From NCBI GenBank assembly GCA_964016885.1, contig OZ024740.1, positions 72,788,001 through 72,852,000 of the forward strand: a DNA stretch of 64,000 nt. The letters are read 5' to 3'. This DNA is from Eledone cirrhosa. Lineage: Eukaryota. The translations under genes and the position numbers were made by a program. Shown here piece after piece: positions 46,082-62,635 of the stretch; positions within the stretch are counted from its first letter, which is position 1; each line of letters begins with the position of its first letter. The notes beneath the pieces were generated by a model. It worked only from the letters and a program-made list of their open reading frames with translations, was not told the DNA's origin and searched no databases.

Positions 46082-46563
46082 ATAGTGGTAGTAGTACCAT
46101 TATTATTATTGTTATGAATTGCGCAATCTTGTTCGAGAAAAATCCAGATGCTTTTGACCTTGGGGGGGACAGTCAGCAATTCCAATATCCATTACTACTG
46201 TGATGTGAGGGTATCAAGAAAACTTGAAGAATCCCAGCAGTCAATATGTCGCTTTGGTTTTGGCTTTTGCGCAGTTGCTTTGGGTCCAATTCACCACTAT
46301 ATATCAAACTGGGTAATATAGAACTCATTACCAGCTATTGACTTCAAAACATCACGTTCACCTTTGACATCCATGTTGAAAATAGGAAAAGAAATATAAG
46401 CAACGGACAACAAAAATGCCCCAAGATTTATCCTTATATTTCTGACATTTATTTTGTTTTCTTTCGTTTTTAGTTTGATAAAAGAATGTTCTGTCCTTTG
46501 CTCTTTTCATTCTCTTCATTTCCTTTAGAATCTTTTTCTTGAAATTATTTCATTCATTCATTC

Positions 46564-46594
<31 letters not shown>

Positions 46595-47635
46595 CTTCTT
46601 CTTCTTCTTCTTCTTCTTCTTCTTCTTCTTCTTCTTCTTCTTCTTCTTCTTCTTCTTCTTCTTCTTCTTCTTCTTCTTCTTCTTCTTCTTCTTCTTCTTC
46701 TTCTTCTTCTTCTTCTTCTTCTTCTTGCTCATACTATCCCTACTCCCTCTCTCCCTCGTTCTCTCACTTTCGATCTCTCGTTCTCTCCCCCCATCTCTCC
46801 AGTTCTCTCTCTATCTCTCGTTCTTGTTCTCTCTCCCTCTCTGTCTCTTCTCACCCCCTTCATCTCTCTATTTGCTAGAAAGACTCTTTTGCCCAGTTCA
46901 TACTTATTTTGGTTGCCCTCTTTTCAATATTCACCCTCTCTCTTCGCTCTCCTTCCCCCTCTCTCCTTCTCCTTTCTTTTCTCTCACTTTATTCAGTGAT
47001 TGTGTGCAGTTTAAAAATCCACTTCAAACTGATGATGAAAATAACAACAGCAACAACAACAAAAGCAACAAAAACTAGTAAATAAATATAATAAACTATA
47101 AAAAAAAAAGAAAAGAACATTTAAAAGAAAAAGAGAGAAAAGAACGATGGTAATAACGATGAGGGCGACGACAAACGTAGACGACAACAATGAGGGCGAT
47201 GATGATGGCGACGACAAACGTAGACGACAACAATGAGGGCGATGATGATGGCGACGAGGATGGTAACGATAAAATGGTGCTGACGATGACGACGATGACG
47301 ACGACAACGAGAAAAGTAATGATTTGAAGTTGTCGTGGCAAGTACAATAATCATTGTTCTGATTTCTCCCTTTCTTCAATGTTACTAGAGAAACTCATCC
47401 CCACAACCTTCATAGTCCCTACAGCCCTTACAACCCGTTCAAACTTCACCACCATTCACCAGTTCAGCCATATTAACAAACCGCTGTACCGGCCATTTTG
47501 CACGCCTGACCGTTGTTTTGCTGTCTCCCCCTACCTCCCTCTTCCCTCATCATTCACTCTCATTCTATCATACTTTATCTTATGTTAGACGATTTCAATA
47601 ATTGTAAGAAATCAGACGACGACATACTGAGCATG

Positions 47636-47673
<38 letters not shown>

Positions 47674-47751
47674 GTTTAGAGGATGAGAATAGCATGAAGG
47701 AAACAAGAAAGGATCATTGATATCTTATCTTATCTATCTATCTATCTATCA

Positions 47752-47825
<74 letters not shown>

Positions 47826-48080
47826 TTATCTATGAAATTATGTGCTTGCATGTATGCATATACATATCTATATATGTCTGACTGTCTGTTTGTTTGTCTG
47901 TCTGTATGTATGTATGTGTGCGTGTGTATGTATGTGTGTACATGTGTGTATGCGTGTGGATGTGTATATATGTACACATATGTATATATATTTACATATA
48001 TATATATATATATATGTGTGTTCATGTTTATATATATCTATCTATATATATACATATATGAGTGGATGTGTGTGTATTTA

Positions 48081-48166
<86 letters not shown>

Positions 48167-48663
48167 TATATAGTTCAGGATCAAAAACGACAAACACATA
48201 CGGAACATACTTAGACTCACGCTCAGACACATATGTATAAATTTACTGAGCGAGAGAGTAAGAGAGAAAAAGAAAGAAAGAGCGAAAGAGAGAAGAGAAG
48301 TGAAAATTGCGTCAACGAAACAATTAATATGGCTGCAGATTTTGCTTGCAAATCACTGAACGAACGAGCAGACGCCATCTTTAATGCATTTGTTCAGCCT
48401 TGTTTGGTCTTGTAGTAATCCTGCTTGTCCTGCCTATTTCCTTCTCATTGTCTCATTCTATGTGAACTCCACTGCACTGCGGACATTTTCAACGTTTCTA
48501 ATGATATTTCGTCAATTAACTGACAATCTGCTTTGCCATAATTCGTTTCCTCCGTCACTGCGTACATATGTACACACATACGTATAAACATACACGTGAG
48601 CACATTCGCAATTAGATATACGTTTACACAGCCATACTTACACACAAGCACGCATTGTATGTA

Positions 48664-48739
<76 letters not shown>

Positions 48740-48815
48740 CACACACATACATACATACATACATACATACATACATACATACATACATACATACATACAT
48801 ACATACATACATACA

Positions 48816-48847
<32 letters not shown>

Positions 48848-48954
48848 CATACATACTTAATCACTTTGACCGCTCTAAACATTTATATGATAGATTTGAC
48901 ATCACGATAGATAGATAGATTGACACAGGCATATATATATATATATATATACAT

Positions 48955-49121
<167 letters not shown>

Positions 49122-49138
49122 CACACACATATATATAC

Positions 49139-49222
<84 letters not shown>

Positions 49223-49511
49223 GAAATTCACCCAGCTTATGCTGACCGGATAACCATGTTGCTTGTTTTTTTCCTATCTTCGGTTTGCTTTTATCCTTCT
49301 ATGTTGTTTACTTGTCTCACTCGCTTTACGCGACTCACTTGTCCCAATAGCTTTTTTTAGTTATTGCTCGCACCAACCTGAGGTATATGATTTTTAATGC
49401 GATGAAATACCAATGATGGTTGGCAAATCACTGACGAGGGACTAATTTTATAATATGTCACCCATGTGCAACCACGCAGTATTCCTCTTTCTTCTCATGT
49501 TTTTTATACAT

Positions 49512-49555
<44 letters not shown>

Positions 49556-50059
49556 GTATCAAGGAAGCGCTTTTTATCAAACGACTGCAACCGCAAATAA
49601 ACAACCGATCAGAGAGAAGCGAAATGAAATGGCTGGTTTAAGTTAACAAGCGATGCAACAACACACAACACACGCACACACACACACACGCAAACGAGAC
49701 AACTACACACACACACGCACACACACACAGTAGCATTCCACCATACGAACATACTACACTGCCAATACAGATGAACAAGGCAACAACACACACACACACA
49801 CACACACACAAACGAGACAACAACACACGCACACACACACACACAGTAACATTTAACAAACAGGCAGGGAATGGACTGACAGCTAGCGCCATCCCACTCC
49901 CTCATTCGGCCGCTGACCTCTGTACGACCGACCCCATTTCACGCGCACGCGCGCTCGGCCGAATACCTCAGATATTCAAATCAACAAACAGCGAAAGACG
50001 CGTTCCGAGTTGTCCGACAGACAACCTTTTCCCCCACCCCGGAAAAAAACCCCAGTTGA

Positions 50060-50296
50060 TGGATGTGAATCCGAAATATATAGAGACTATTAAATCTCTC
50101 CCAAGGTAACTCTCTCTTGTGTTGTTATTTTTATTTTTATCCTTTATACTCTTCCCTTCATTCCACACATCTCACACATGTTATACACACCACGCATCTC
50201 AACGTACACCCACTTACATCTCTCCACCACCGGACCTTGTTACCCGGAGATTTACCCATTTGCATTGTCGAGGCTTCCAAACGACTTAAAGATATT

Positions 50297-50300
<4 letters not shown>
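50060..50300 (+). mobile_element. Interspersed repeat (second copy at 19972-20155) with a partial minimal hammerhead
   Basis: The body is shared with 19972-20155. GGAT gtga ATCC-GAAA-TATA-TA-GAGAC lies at about 50061-50087, but the 5' CTGA core is missing. It ends in (TA)n. Confidence 0.55.
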
Positions 50301-50339
<39 letters not shown>

Positions 50340-50671
50340 ATATATATATATGTGTGTGTATATATATGTAGGTAAGTAGTAGATAGCTAGACAAATAGAT
50401 ATACAATTAAATACTTAAATACATAGATAAATATCTAGCTAGACTGCCAGATGAACTGACGGGCGGTCAAACGACTAAATGTTTGCTATATCAAATCAGG
50501 GCTTTATTTCTGAATAACCTACTATAAACCCCAATTAGAGGCCATCTATGTCATGGACTCTTATCTTCTGATGGAGCTGTAGGGGCGCTGTCAGGATATA
50601 CGGCCTACCTTAGAACTTTGCGGAGACCATCCTTCTTCAAATCGGAACACAGCAGATTTCTTATAGAGAAT

Positions 50672-50757
<86 letters not shown>

Positions 50758-51959
50758 AGGGGATGGGGGAGGAAGAAATGACTCCAAAACTCAACTGGTA
50801 CTTTATTTGTCGACTTCAAAAATATGACAGGCAAAGATGACCTCGGCGGGATTTGAACTGAAACGAATACCTCAAAGCATTCAACCCGACGTTATGACAA
50901 CTGTCACTTCGTCTCCTTTAAACTAGAGACAGAAAGACGAAAGTGACTCATGACGGGTTCAAACTCTGTATCAATCGTTTGCCAGTAAACTGACTTCCCC
51001 CCCATACTCCTGCCTCTGCTTTCTCTCATATTCGCTACTTTTCTTCTAGTCTACCAGATAAGTGTTCTGTTACAGGTCAAACTCTATATACACATAATTC
51101 CTATTCTATACAGAAATATCTATTGTAGAGGAGTATATGAGAGCATATACAATATGTTCATGTACAACAAATACACAAGAGTCTCGCTGTGGGCATTTAA
51201 AGCTGTGATCATGTCCCTGCCATCCCATTATAAGTGTGAGAACACCAAACACAAGTATTTCAGGATTATTATTTATCATCCGTGAAGTTTTCTCATTCGG
51301 TATGTGGCTAAATAAGCTATCGCTTATATACATTTTGTGTACGGTACATCTAAGGAGATGCTAATTTTCATATAGTGCGAGCTTGACGGGCTGTTATTAA
51401 TTAACAGTAACTACTATTAACTGATGACTATTAATAATTATAGAAAGGTGCAAGGTCATTAATTCAGGTCAGCATTCGTATCTATTGGCCGTTAGTGCAT
51501 CAGTCGCACTAGACTCCATACTAAGGTCACTTCTGTTCTTAGTCTTTGGGTAAAATGAGGGTAAAATTAAAGAGCAATAAAAAAAGATGTTAGGGAAAAT
51601 GAGAGACAGGAAAACGAAAAGTGCGGTGGGGCGGCGAGGGTTGTGACAAAAATAACTAACAAGAGCGTGAGAGAGAATGGGAGAAAATGGGAGGGAGGGA
51701 ATGGAAGAAAGAGAATGGGAGAGAGAGAATGGAAGAGAGAGGATGAAATGGAGAGATGCTGAGATAATGTTACATAACAAAGCTATGTGATGTTCATTAT
51801 ACGTAAGAAACCATATTGTATATGAACTGAACTCATATACACCATTATTTTGAGTCACGCTGTGCTAGTGCTTTCTGTCCTTGTCTGTTAGAAATTCGAA
51901 CAAAATTCCAGAAATTTTCACAAAAGAGTTCTCAGTTGACGAGATATATGCGATATTAT

Positions 51960-52292
51960 GTGGAGGTGTGTGGTGTAGTGGTTAGGATGTTTTGATTTCA
52001 CAATCATAAAACCATGAGTTCTATTTTCCACAGTGCATTGTGACCTTAAACAAGACCCTATATTTTTCATATTGTTCCAGTTCACTAAACTGACAAAAAG
52101 GAGGAGTTGCACATTTAATTCGAAGGGCCAGTCTGTCATACCCTGTGTCACACTGAATCCCTCTGAGAAATACATTAAGTTTACACGTATCTTGAAAATG
52201 CTCAGCTAATTTCACATAGATTTCATGAGCATGGCTGTTCCGTTGCTCGAATCAACTGGAACACTCGTCGTCGGAACCGACGGAAGTCCAAC
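51960..52292 (+). mobile_element. tRNA-derived SINE family 2 (CORE-like)
   Basis: GTGTGGTGTAGTGGTTAG A-box, a GTGACCTTAAACAAG core variant of GTGTCCTTGAGCAAGACACTT, and the tail CACTCGTCGTCGGAACCGACGGA. Relatives lie at about 3300-3580, 4040-4165, 15560-15815, 16815-17360, 33130-33385, 58120-58420 and 61160-61425. Confidence 0.75.
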
Positions 52293-52883
52293 ATGGCGCT
52301 ATCTTCACCGGAGAAAATGCAAGTGACCTAATGATTAGCTTACTGGAAACTTATAACCAACTACGTTATTGTTAAGAATAGTATGATAATAAAAGAAACA
52401 ACATCAACAACAATAACAAGAACAAACAATAAGAAACCAAAACAAAGAAGCCTCACCTCTATTCGATGTTTACGACAAGAATTAACCCTCATCCACTCCC
52501 ACAACATAAATTACATTATGAATGAATGACTGAACTGTTAAGATGTCAAATGGCGTAACCGACATAAAATGGCGTAACCAAGATAAAATGGCGAAGTCAA
52601 TATAAAATGGTGTAACCCAGATCAAATGGTATTAAAAGAGGCAAGGTCAGTCAGTCGACATGTTTGACCTCTTATGTCAATAGCTGGTGTCAATAAGACA
52701 CTGGCTAATATATTGTTATTACATAGTAGTGTAAAGGGCGGTGGGTTGACAGTATCGGTAGAGTGTCGGACAAAATGCTTTGTGGTATATAGTTACGGCC
52801 CTTTATGTGAGTTTGATACCTGGCAGCAGTTTGTATGTATGTGGACATGTATCTATCTATGCATCGATCTATCAGCCATGCTC

Positions 52884-52972
<89 letters not shown>

Positions 52973-53084
52973 TCTATCTATTTACCTATCTGTCTGCTTC
53001 TCTAATTTTCACTTCTCTCTCTCGCCCGCTCCCTCTCTCTCTTTCTCTTGTATGTATATGATGGTGAATGCATGTATATGTATG

Positions 53085-53905
<821 letters not shown>

Positions 53906-53917
53906 ATATATATATAT

Positions 53918-54117
53918 ATAGGAAAAAGTATGACCCCGACGGCAGAGCTCAAGCCGTTTCGACGGCTATTTCTAGACCCTCTAGAAATAGCCGTCGAAAC
54001 GGCTTGAGCTCTGCCGTCGGGGTCATACCTTTTCCTATTACCCACTCTACTACCCTAAGTATTGAGTACTCTGGTGTGTTATGGTCCATCTGGTTCCTTA
54101 CCACAATTCCTTCGTTA
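53918..54117 (+). mobile_element. Fold-back element, family B, with 3' half of a hammerhead
   Basis: Palindrome 53918-54038 with loop ACCCT. It contains stem-GAAA-CGGC-loop(GAGCTC)-GCCG-TC-GGGGTC. It sits in TA-rich repeats. Confidence 0.75.
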
Positions 54118-54152
54118 TATATATGTAGATGTTGGTGAGTGTATGTCTATCT

Positions 54153-54227
<75 letters not shown>

Positions 54228-54715
54228 GCATGTGTTAGTGTTGATGGATTAATTTGAAATATAAAAGACATTGATAACTACAGACCTTAAAGTGAGAGGT
54301 CCCCTTTTCATTGTGTATCTTGTAATGTGACTCTCACCCTCCCTCTCTCCTTCCTCTTTGCCTTCCCCTTCCCTTCTTGCCCTCACACTTTCGCCCTACC
54401 TCTCTCTCCTATTGCTCGCCAGCACATATCTCTCTCTTTCCTCCCTCCTCTCATTCCATCTCTCTTCTTCCTTCCCCTCTCCTTCTCAGCTCCCACCACC
54501 ACTACCACCACCACCACACCACCACCACCACATCTCACCCTTCTGTACGTTTGCCACAGAAGGTCGATATTTGACCGTCACCGTGTCAAAAGTCAACTGG
54601 GAACATGTGTAATAAATAAAATTAACATTCTGTCTCATGGGACCTGGAGAGAGGGGGGGAGAAAGAGAGGGAGAGGGAGAGAGGGGTTGGAAAGAGAAGG
54701 AGAGAGAGACGGGGT

Positions 54716-54785
<70 letters not shown>

Positions 54786-55369
54786 GAGGGAGAAAGAGAA
54801 TTAACTGATTGTATTGTAAGTATTATGGCATGAAAATAACAATGACGACAGCAACAATAACAACAACAATAGCAGCAAATACAAACAACAAACAATGAAA
54901 AGATCAGACAAAGTAAATTAAAAAAATGAAAAGAAAACGAACAAAAGCAACAGCAAAACAACAACAACAACAACAACATTAAAAAGAAAGAACGAAATAA
55001 ACAACACGTGCCAACGAGCACCTCTCTCTACTTAGTCAATGTATTAGAAATAACAACCAAATGTCCCTCAAATAATAGCCTACTTTGCTTGCCTACAACC
55101 TAAAAAGTCAACACCGCACACACACCATACATACACCACGCACACACACAACACACGCACACACAACACACACACAACACACACGCACACACATACACAC
55201 ACACATACACATACCCACACACACACACGCACAGCACACACGCATACACATACACACACACGCATACACACACACACACGCGCATACACACAACACACCC
55301 TCTCTCCCTTTGTATGTCACTCTTTCTCTGTCTGTCTCTCTTTTCTTTCTTTCTCTCTCTCCCTTTGTT

Positions 55370-55975
55370 ATGGCCCTTTAAGTTCTGGGTTCAAATCCTG
55401 CCGAGGTTAACTTTGCCTTTCATCCTTACGAGGTCGATAAAATAAAGTACCAGTAATGTACTGGATAATTGCTGGCCTTGTGCCAAAAGTAGAAACAATT
55501 ATTAATATTATTGTTTTGTCACGCAGTATAGATGGAAAAGTGCACCGGAATATTCAGTCTGGCAAGTCGCAAGAAGGACCTCGGACAGATAATACTTTCT
55601 TTAAATTGTCTAGGGCAGTGGATTGCCAGTATCGGTATAGAGCGTCAGATACTATGCTTTGCAACATAAAGTTATGGCCCTTTACGTTCTGAGTTCAAAT
55701 CCCGCCGAGGTCAACTTTGCCTTTCATCCTTAAAGTGTCGATAAAATAAAGTACCAGTCTCACACTGGAGTCGATTTAATCGACTTTCCCTTCCCCAAAA
55801 TTGCTGGCCTTGTGCCTAAATCAGAGACCATTGTTGTGGTTGTTATTGTTGTTAGTTCTGCTTTCATACATACGGAGTCAATAAAATAAAGCACCAGTAA
55901 CGCACTAGGGTCATTTTAATCGACGTTCTTCTTCAATATTGCTGGCCTTGTTCCAAATATAGAAGCAATTATTAT
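55370..55975 (+). mobile_element. Cluster of three tandem SINE family 1 copies
   Basis: The core ATAAAATAAAG(T/C)ACCAGT and tail TTGCTGGCCTTGT occur three times. Confidence 0.85.
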
Positions 55976-56518
55976 TGTTGTCGTTGTTATTGTTGTTATT
56001 GTTTTTCTTGATATGTTGCTATTGTCTTCGTCGAAGTTGTGTTTATTAATATTGTTGACCTCCTGTCTATTTACAGTAATAAGCCCCCAACTTACACTCT
56101 ACTTCTTTTATATGTTCAGTTCTGTTTCCAAAACATTCTCTCTCTGTTTGCAAGACATTTTAATGTCTTTTATCAACTTTGTTGCTCTCTTGTACCCCAC
56201 TTGTACTCCCACTTGCACCTCCTCCTGCACACCATCTTGCACTCTTCCCCTCATATCTTGCTCCCCATTTTTCTTTTTCTCCACACTACACTTTAATTCA
56301 ATTTTCCCCTTTTGTACCCCTGTACTCTCATTTTTTCTTTTTTTTCCTGTTATCCCCACCCTCTCTCTTGCTTGTTCGCTTATTCTTTATATGTATATAT
56401 ACACAAATACTTTACTCTGTCCCCCTCCGTTAGTATCTCTCTCCTTTATATACATAAACCCGCACACACACCGAGTCGCATACATACATAAACATATATG
56501 TATGTATATGTATATATG

Positions 56519-56553
<35 letters not shown>

Positions 56554-59276
56554 GCATGTGTGGATATATATATACATATTACTCTCTCTCTAGTTCTTTG
56601 TATATCGCCTCTCTGTCTCTGTCTTTATCTCTATCTTCCAATCTCATTATCTCACTCTGCCTCCTCTCTCTTCTACTCCAAATAAGATATTTAACTCAAT
56701 TACAACGACATATCTCAAGTATTTTCCAGAAGCTTGACATTTGCCACTCTTCTTCTCCATCATCGTCTTCAGTTCTCTTTACAAATAACCATATTGTGTA
56801 TGCTCGAATTGGTCTTCGACTGCCACCACTATTTTACAAGGGTTCCTAAAAAAAAAAAAACTACAAAATTCTCCCAAGGGAATTACTCAAAAATAGAAGT
56901 AGTTTTTCCCCTTTTTAATTCATGAGGTTTCCAGTTATGTTTTTCAAGTGACCTTCCCCATACACTCTTCCTATTTCTTCCTTTCCTCTATTCTTATCAT
57001 TTGGTCTGACTTAAGGCTGCTAAACACTTCCGAAATCACAATCCTAATAACAAATATCACATTATTCCGTTTGGCGAACATGGACCAATTTTATTGTAAA
57101 TTTTTACACACATTGTTTTACGAATATCGCAACCATGTGTCTTCTTTTTTCTTAAAAGAAATTAATAATTGTTTCTACTTTTGGTACAAGGCAAGGAACT
57201 TGAAAGAAGAGTCAAGTCGATTAAATCGACCCCAGTGCGTTACTGGTACTTTATTTTATCAATGAAAGGCAAAGCTAACCTCAGTGGGGTTTGAAATCAG
57301 AAGGTAACGGGCCGTAACGCTATGTCATGAAGCATGATGTCTGACGTTCTTTCAACACTGCCAATCCACCGTCTTGTTTTTAGAAATTAATAATAAAAAT
57401 GTTATAACCGTTTCACGATTGAGTTTTTAAAGTAATTTTAGCCAATCAGATTCATACATTCTTTACACCTCGGATAAGCCAACGGCACAATAGCAACAAC
57501 AAAAGCAACAATGACAAAAACAACTACGATAAGTGATGTAACCACCACTAAAGAATCATCACCCAACACCTCAAATATTACAACTCAAATATAACAAAAG
57601 AGATTTCAATTCGAATGTATATTCAGTGAAAAATTAAATCAATCGTAATTTTTAAAATAATGGTTTCTGATTTAAGGACAGAGCCAGCAATGTTTTGGAT
57701 GGTGGGGGTGGTGGAGTCGATTAAATCGACCTCAGTGCATTACTGGTACTTTATTTTATCGACCGCGTAAGGTTGAAAAGCAAAGCTAACCTCAACAGGA
57801 TTTAAACTCAGAATATAGAGAGCCGTAACTCTATGCCGCAAAGTATGTTGTCCGATAGTATATTGCCAATACACCGCCCTTAAAAATGTTTAAATACTGA
57901 ACAAAGTTAGTTTTAGTCTTTTCGTCAAGTCTTTCCTTTGTTAAAGGAATGAAACAGCCAATAAAAACCAAGCTTGTTATACAACAAAAACAATTTTATA
58001 ATAGATTTCTCCTTCAGTAAGAGACATGAACCTACAATGAAAAAAACATAAACAGTTCTCTCACAGATGACGAGTCAGTCTCTAAATGCCAGATTCCTCT
58101 TCTACCCAACAACCCGCTTCTGTTATGTATGTTGGACTTCCGTTATTCCAGTAACAGAACAACCTGCTCGTGACATTAACGTGCAAGTGACTGAGCTTTC
58201 CAAACTTACATGTACACGTAATGTTACGCAATTCTTAGAGCAATTCAGAGCGATACATTGTGGGACAAATCTGGTTCATTCAAATACAACTACAACTTAT
58301 TCCAGCAGTGTGAACTGGAGCAACGTGAAATAAAGTGTCTTGCTGAAGGCACCTCCAGGAATCAAACTCACGACCTTACGAAGATGAGCCGACTACACTA
58401 ATCTCGAAGGCTCGTGCTTTAAACCCCTCCCCCACAAATTCCCCTCCAACACTATATAAGTTTACTAACGTCACACTATAACTTTCACCCCGACTCAGAT
58501 CACCACCAATTTCCTAGGATCTGTTGTTAGTTTTTATGTGTTTATTACTTAACAAAGTCAGGGTGTTGGATTAACAGAATTGTTATAACGTAGGGCAAAA
58601 TGTCTGAGTTGAAATCACGTAGAAGTCTCAACATTGTCTTTCATTCTTCCGATGTCAATAAATAAAATACTACTAAAAAACTGGGGTCGATTTAATCGAC
58701 TTTCTTCTTCCCTGAAAAGACAACTACTGACAAATTTGGGTCTTATTCTGACCTCATCAGCGTAGCCAAAATAATGATGCAAATCCTTAAGTATATGTAG
58801 ATTTAGGAAAATACGTCACCTTGTTAGGGTATTGGACTCATGATCATATAGTCGTGGGTTTGATTCCTGAACAGAGCGTTGTATTATATTGTTGAGCAAA
58901 ATACGTTATTTCACGTTGCTCCTTCTGCTAGGAATTGTAGCCGACAGATAGTAACAACAATAGAAAGAGAACTTGAAACATTGTTTCCATATCCTGATCT
59001 GACGACCGGCTGCTTTCTTTTCATCTGTACAGAATTGGTTAATGAAGGAAAACAGATGTTGCAAAATGAAGTAATCCAAAGAAGCCAGCTATACATAACG
59101 AAGATTAAGACAATGTTCACGAGATTTATTAAGGGCTTTCAAGCATTAGCGCAGTTGATTAAGGTTTTATATACCTTTATACACGAGAACCCTTGCTATA
59201 AACTCGTCACAACATGACGTCATCAAATATTGGTTGATGCATAAAATTGTAAACGAAAACATACGAAGAAATATTA

Positions 59277-59316
<40 letters not shown>

Positions 59317-59358
59317 CTATGTGCGTGTGTGTGTGTGTGTGTGTGTCTGTATGCATGT

Positions 59359-59403
<45 letters not shown>

Positions 59404-59414
59404 CATTATATATA

Positions 59415-59446
<32 letters not shown>

Positions 59447-59472
59447 TTATATATATGGATGTACATTATATA

Positions 59473-59578
<106 letters not shown>

Positions 59579-61645
59579 GTGTGCGTGTGTATTGCGTTAA
59601 TAGAGAATTACCCTGAAGATTCAATTGGTAGAGATGAGTTTATTATCTTACGGAAATAGCTAAATGTGTGACTGAAAGATTGAAAAAAAATTAAAGCTAA
59701 GGTTTTTTTTTATATTTCATTCTATCTCGACTAAGATGCAGATTGGCTCGTAGCTACCAATGATTGAAATTGCTATTATGATAAAACGTTGCTCATGAAA
59801 TAAATATATAAATAAATAAAAATAAAAAAAATAAAAAATTAAAATTGTCTTTTTCAGCTTCACTTTAAAATATCATCTGTCATGGCATCTTCATTCGAAA
59901 TAAAACAATGGTCTTACTTTATTGCGTAGAAAGTTTTGAAAAGTAGTTTTAATTTCGCACAGTATCATGCTCAACTATATAGGCTTAGAAAGAACAGCAG
60001 AGCTAAAAGCTAATGGATAATATTTTCTTCGAAAATGAAACCGCTAAGTATAGTAGATTTGGAAAAAGGATAAAATAAAAAAATAAATAAAAGAAACATG
60101 GCTGATTTTTAATGCAAGCTGCGTAAAAGCATTTTTACACGTTAGAAACGTTAAGATTAAATATTATCAATTAAATAGTGATACATGTTATCTTTGAAGT
60201 CTTGAAGTCTCAGACGGACGGAAAGAATGTTTCCATTAAGTTTTCGCTCGAAAATTAAATAAGTAAATGTGATGAAAAATAACACAATGCTTTTTTTTTT
60301 TTTTTTGTTCCAAATTATAATAATGTTTTGAAAAAGTGGTTTACCTATGAGTGATTTATTTTAAAAGGCAGAACATTTTAGAAATATGAAAAATATAAAA
60401 ATATATATTTCCACCGTCTTTTATATCTTCAAGGGTCTTTAGTAATTGATGAGAAATGGTAGTTGGCACTTTTTCTAAACATGTTAAAACCTGTGATACC
60501 ATCTATTAGTTACTCAATAGACTCAATAAAGTTGTTTCTGGTAATTGGTATTATTTCGTTATAAGGCGGCGAATTAGCAGAGTCAAAGAACGTTGGATAA
60601 AATGCTTTGTGTTATTCGTTTCGGCTCTCTGCATTCTCAGTTCAAATCCCGTCGAGGTCAACTTCGCCTTTCATCCTTTCGCTGTCGATAAAATGTACCA
60701 GTCCATAACTGGACTGATTCTTTCTTTCTTTCTTTCTTCCCTCCCCCTCTCTGGAAGTAATAGGCTGTGTTCAGACCTGGGGAGGAGATGAACTACTTTT
60801 TTAAATATTGCCAAATACGTTCCCACAACTTAACCAGGGCTTACGGTTTCATACATACATGATTTCGTTATAAGGCAGTGAATTAGCAGAGTCGTTAGAA
60901 AATCAGATAGAATGCTCTACAGTATTTGTTCAAATTATGCAGAGGTCAATTTTAGTTTTCGTCCTTTCAGGGTTGATAAATAAAGTACCAATCCTGAGCG
61001 GTGGATTGAGAGAACTGCTAGATCGTCGGATGAGATGCATTGCAGTATTTATTCTGGGTCTTGGTGTTCCGAGTTCAAATACTTCAAATGGACTAATTGG
61101 GTGACAGACGCAATCCATTACCTTGATAAATACAATTAACTGGTTCTTGGGTACCTTTAATAAAAATCCCCACTAGGGCCCAAACAAGGCAGAGTGTTTT
61201 GTGGAAGACCAGCTGTAGCCCATGCATGTCACTCTCTCCTCTCTACACCTCAGGTATTGTCCAAAGGAAAGGTATGTTCTGAAACAGCTTGACACTAGTG
61301 ACGTGGCAACTTCTCTTTCCCCAGCTGAGCAGAACAAAACAACGTGAAATAAAGTGTTTTGTCCGGGAATTAAAGTCACGATTATGAACCCACAACCATA
61401 ACCACTAAGCCATGTAGCTTCACAAATTTTCACGTGATATTTACTTGTTAAATGTAGACAGTCTCTCCCCACTCTGTCTCTAGCCTCTCCTTATATGGAC
61501 ATTCTCCATATGCAGCCATTATTGTTTTGATTTAAAAATGTTAAATTTCTTAAATACATTAATTTTTTTATTTATGCTCACCATTAATTTAACTTCATTA
61601 TGTTTTACTTATAATTTTTTCTTATATATATATATATATATATGA

Positions 61646-61691
<46 letters not shown>

Positions 61692-62000
61692 TTACACCAT
61701 TCTTAAACCAGAATAAACCAGTGCACCAGATCATTCACATATATTTTGAATAGGTTGAGAAGGAGGCATGGCTATATACAAAATATTAAAATATTAGTCT
61801 TAACAATTCTACCCTTTAGCCAGAACTATTGAAAGTTTTTTTCACATTGTTTTATATATTTGTTTTTTTTTCTTTGTTTTTTTTTCTGTAGTTCATATTG
61901 TTCACATATTTAACATTATACACTATAGAACACCGGGAGAGGAAAGCATGGCACAGTAAACAAATATATTTTAAATTAATAATAATGATGATGATGATGA

Positions 62001-62053
<53 letters not shown>

Positions 62054-62356
62054 ACCATAATGATAAAAACAAAAGAAATCTTGCAAAAGTGCCATAGTTT
62101 CAAGACTTATTATAAATACATATTTCACCGTACTTTAATGTTTATTGTGTATGCCATGGAAAACATATAAGCCGCCAGTGAAACTGCATAGTCTATAAAA
62201 AAGCATTTAATTCAAGCCTATCAAATTAAATTTTATTTATTTACTATGATTATTTGGGGGAAGGGGTGGGGCTGACAGAAATAGGATATTTATTTAACTG
62301 TGTTTGTTGAGATGGTGACGAATAAAGTCGTTATTAATGTGGTTGTTGTCGTTAAT

Positions 62357-62416
<60 letters not shown>

Positions 62417-62635
62417 TTTAAGTTTGGTGGCTCACCACTGGATAGAACTGGTCATTCCGTATAGCCAACCATGATGTAATATTAGGAAAAGCACTCGACG
62501 TTATGCAACTCATCCATCTTGGATGTTGAATCTTGTTGGTGCGAGAACGGAGTTAATTATTATTGAGTAAAATGACAGGAGGCCAGACTGGTGAAATACC
62601 TCCAAAGATTTATTCAATATATATATATATATAAA

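Noticed and set aside
46332-46374. Possible first exon on the minus strand (MDVKGERDVLKSIA then G|GTAATG)
   Set aside because: It is short, has a weak donor, and shows no recognisable homology.
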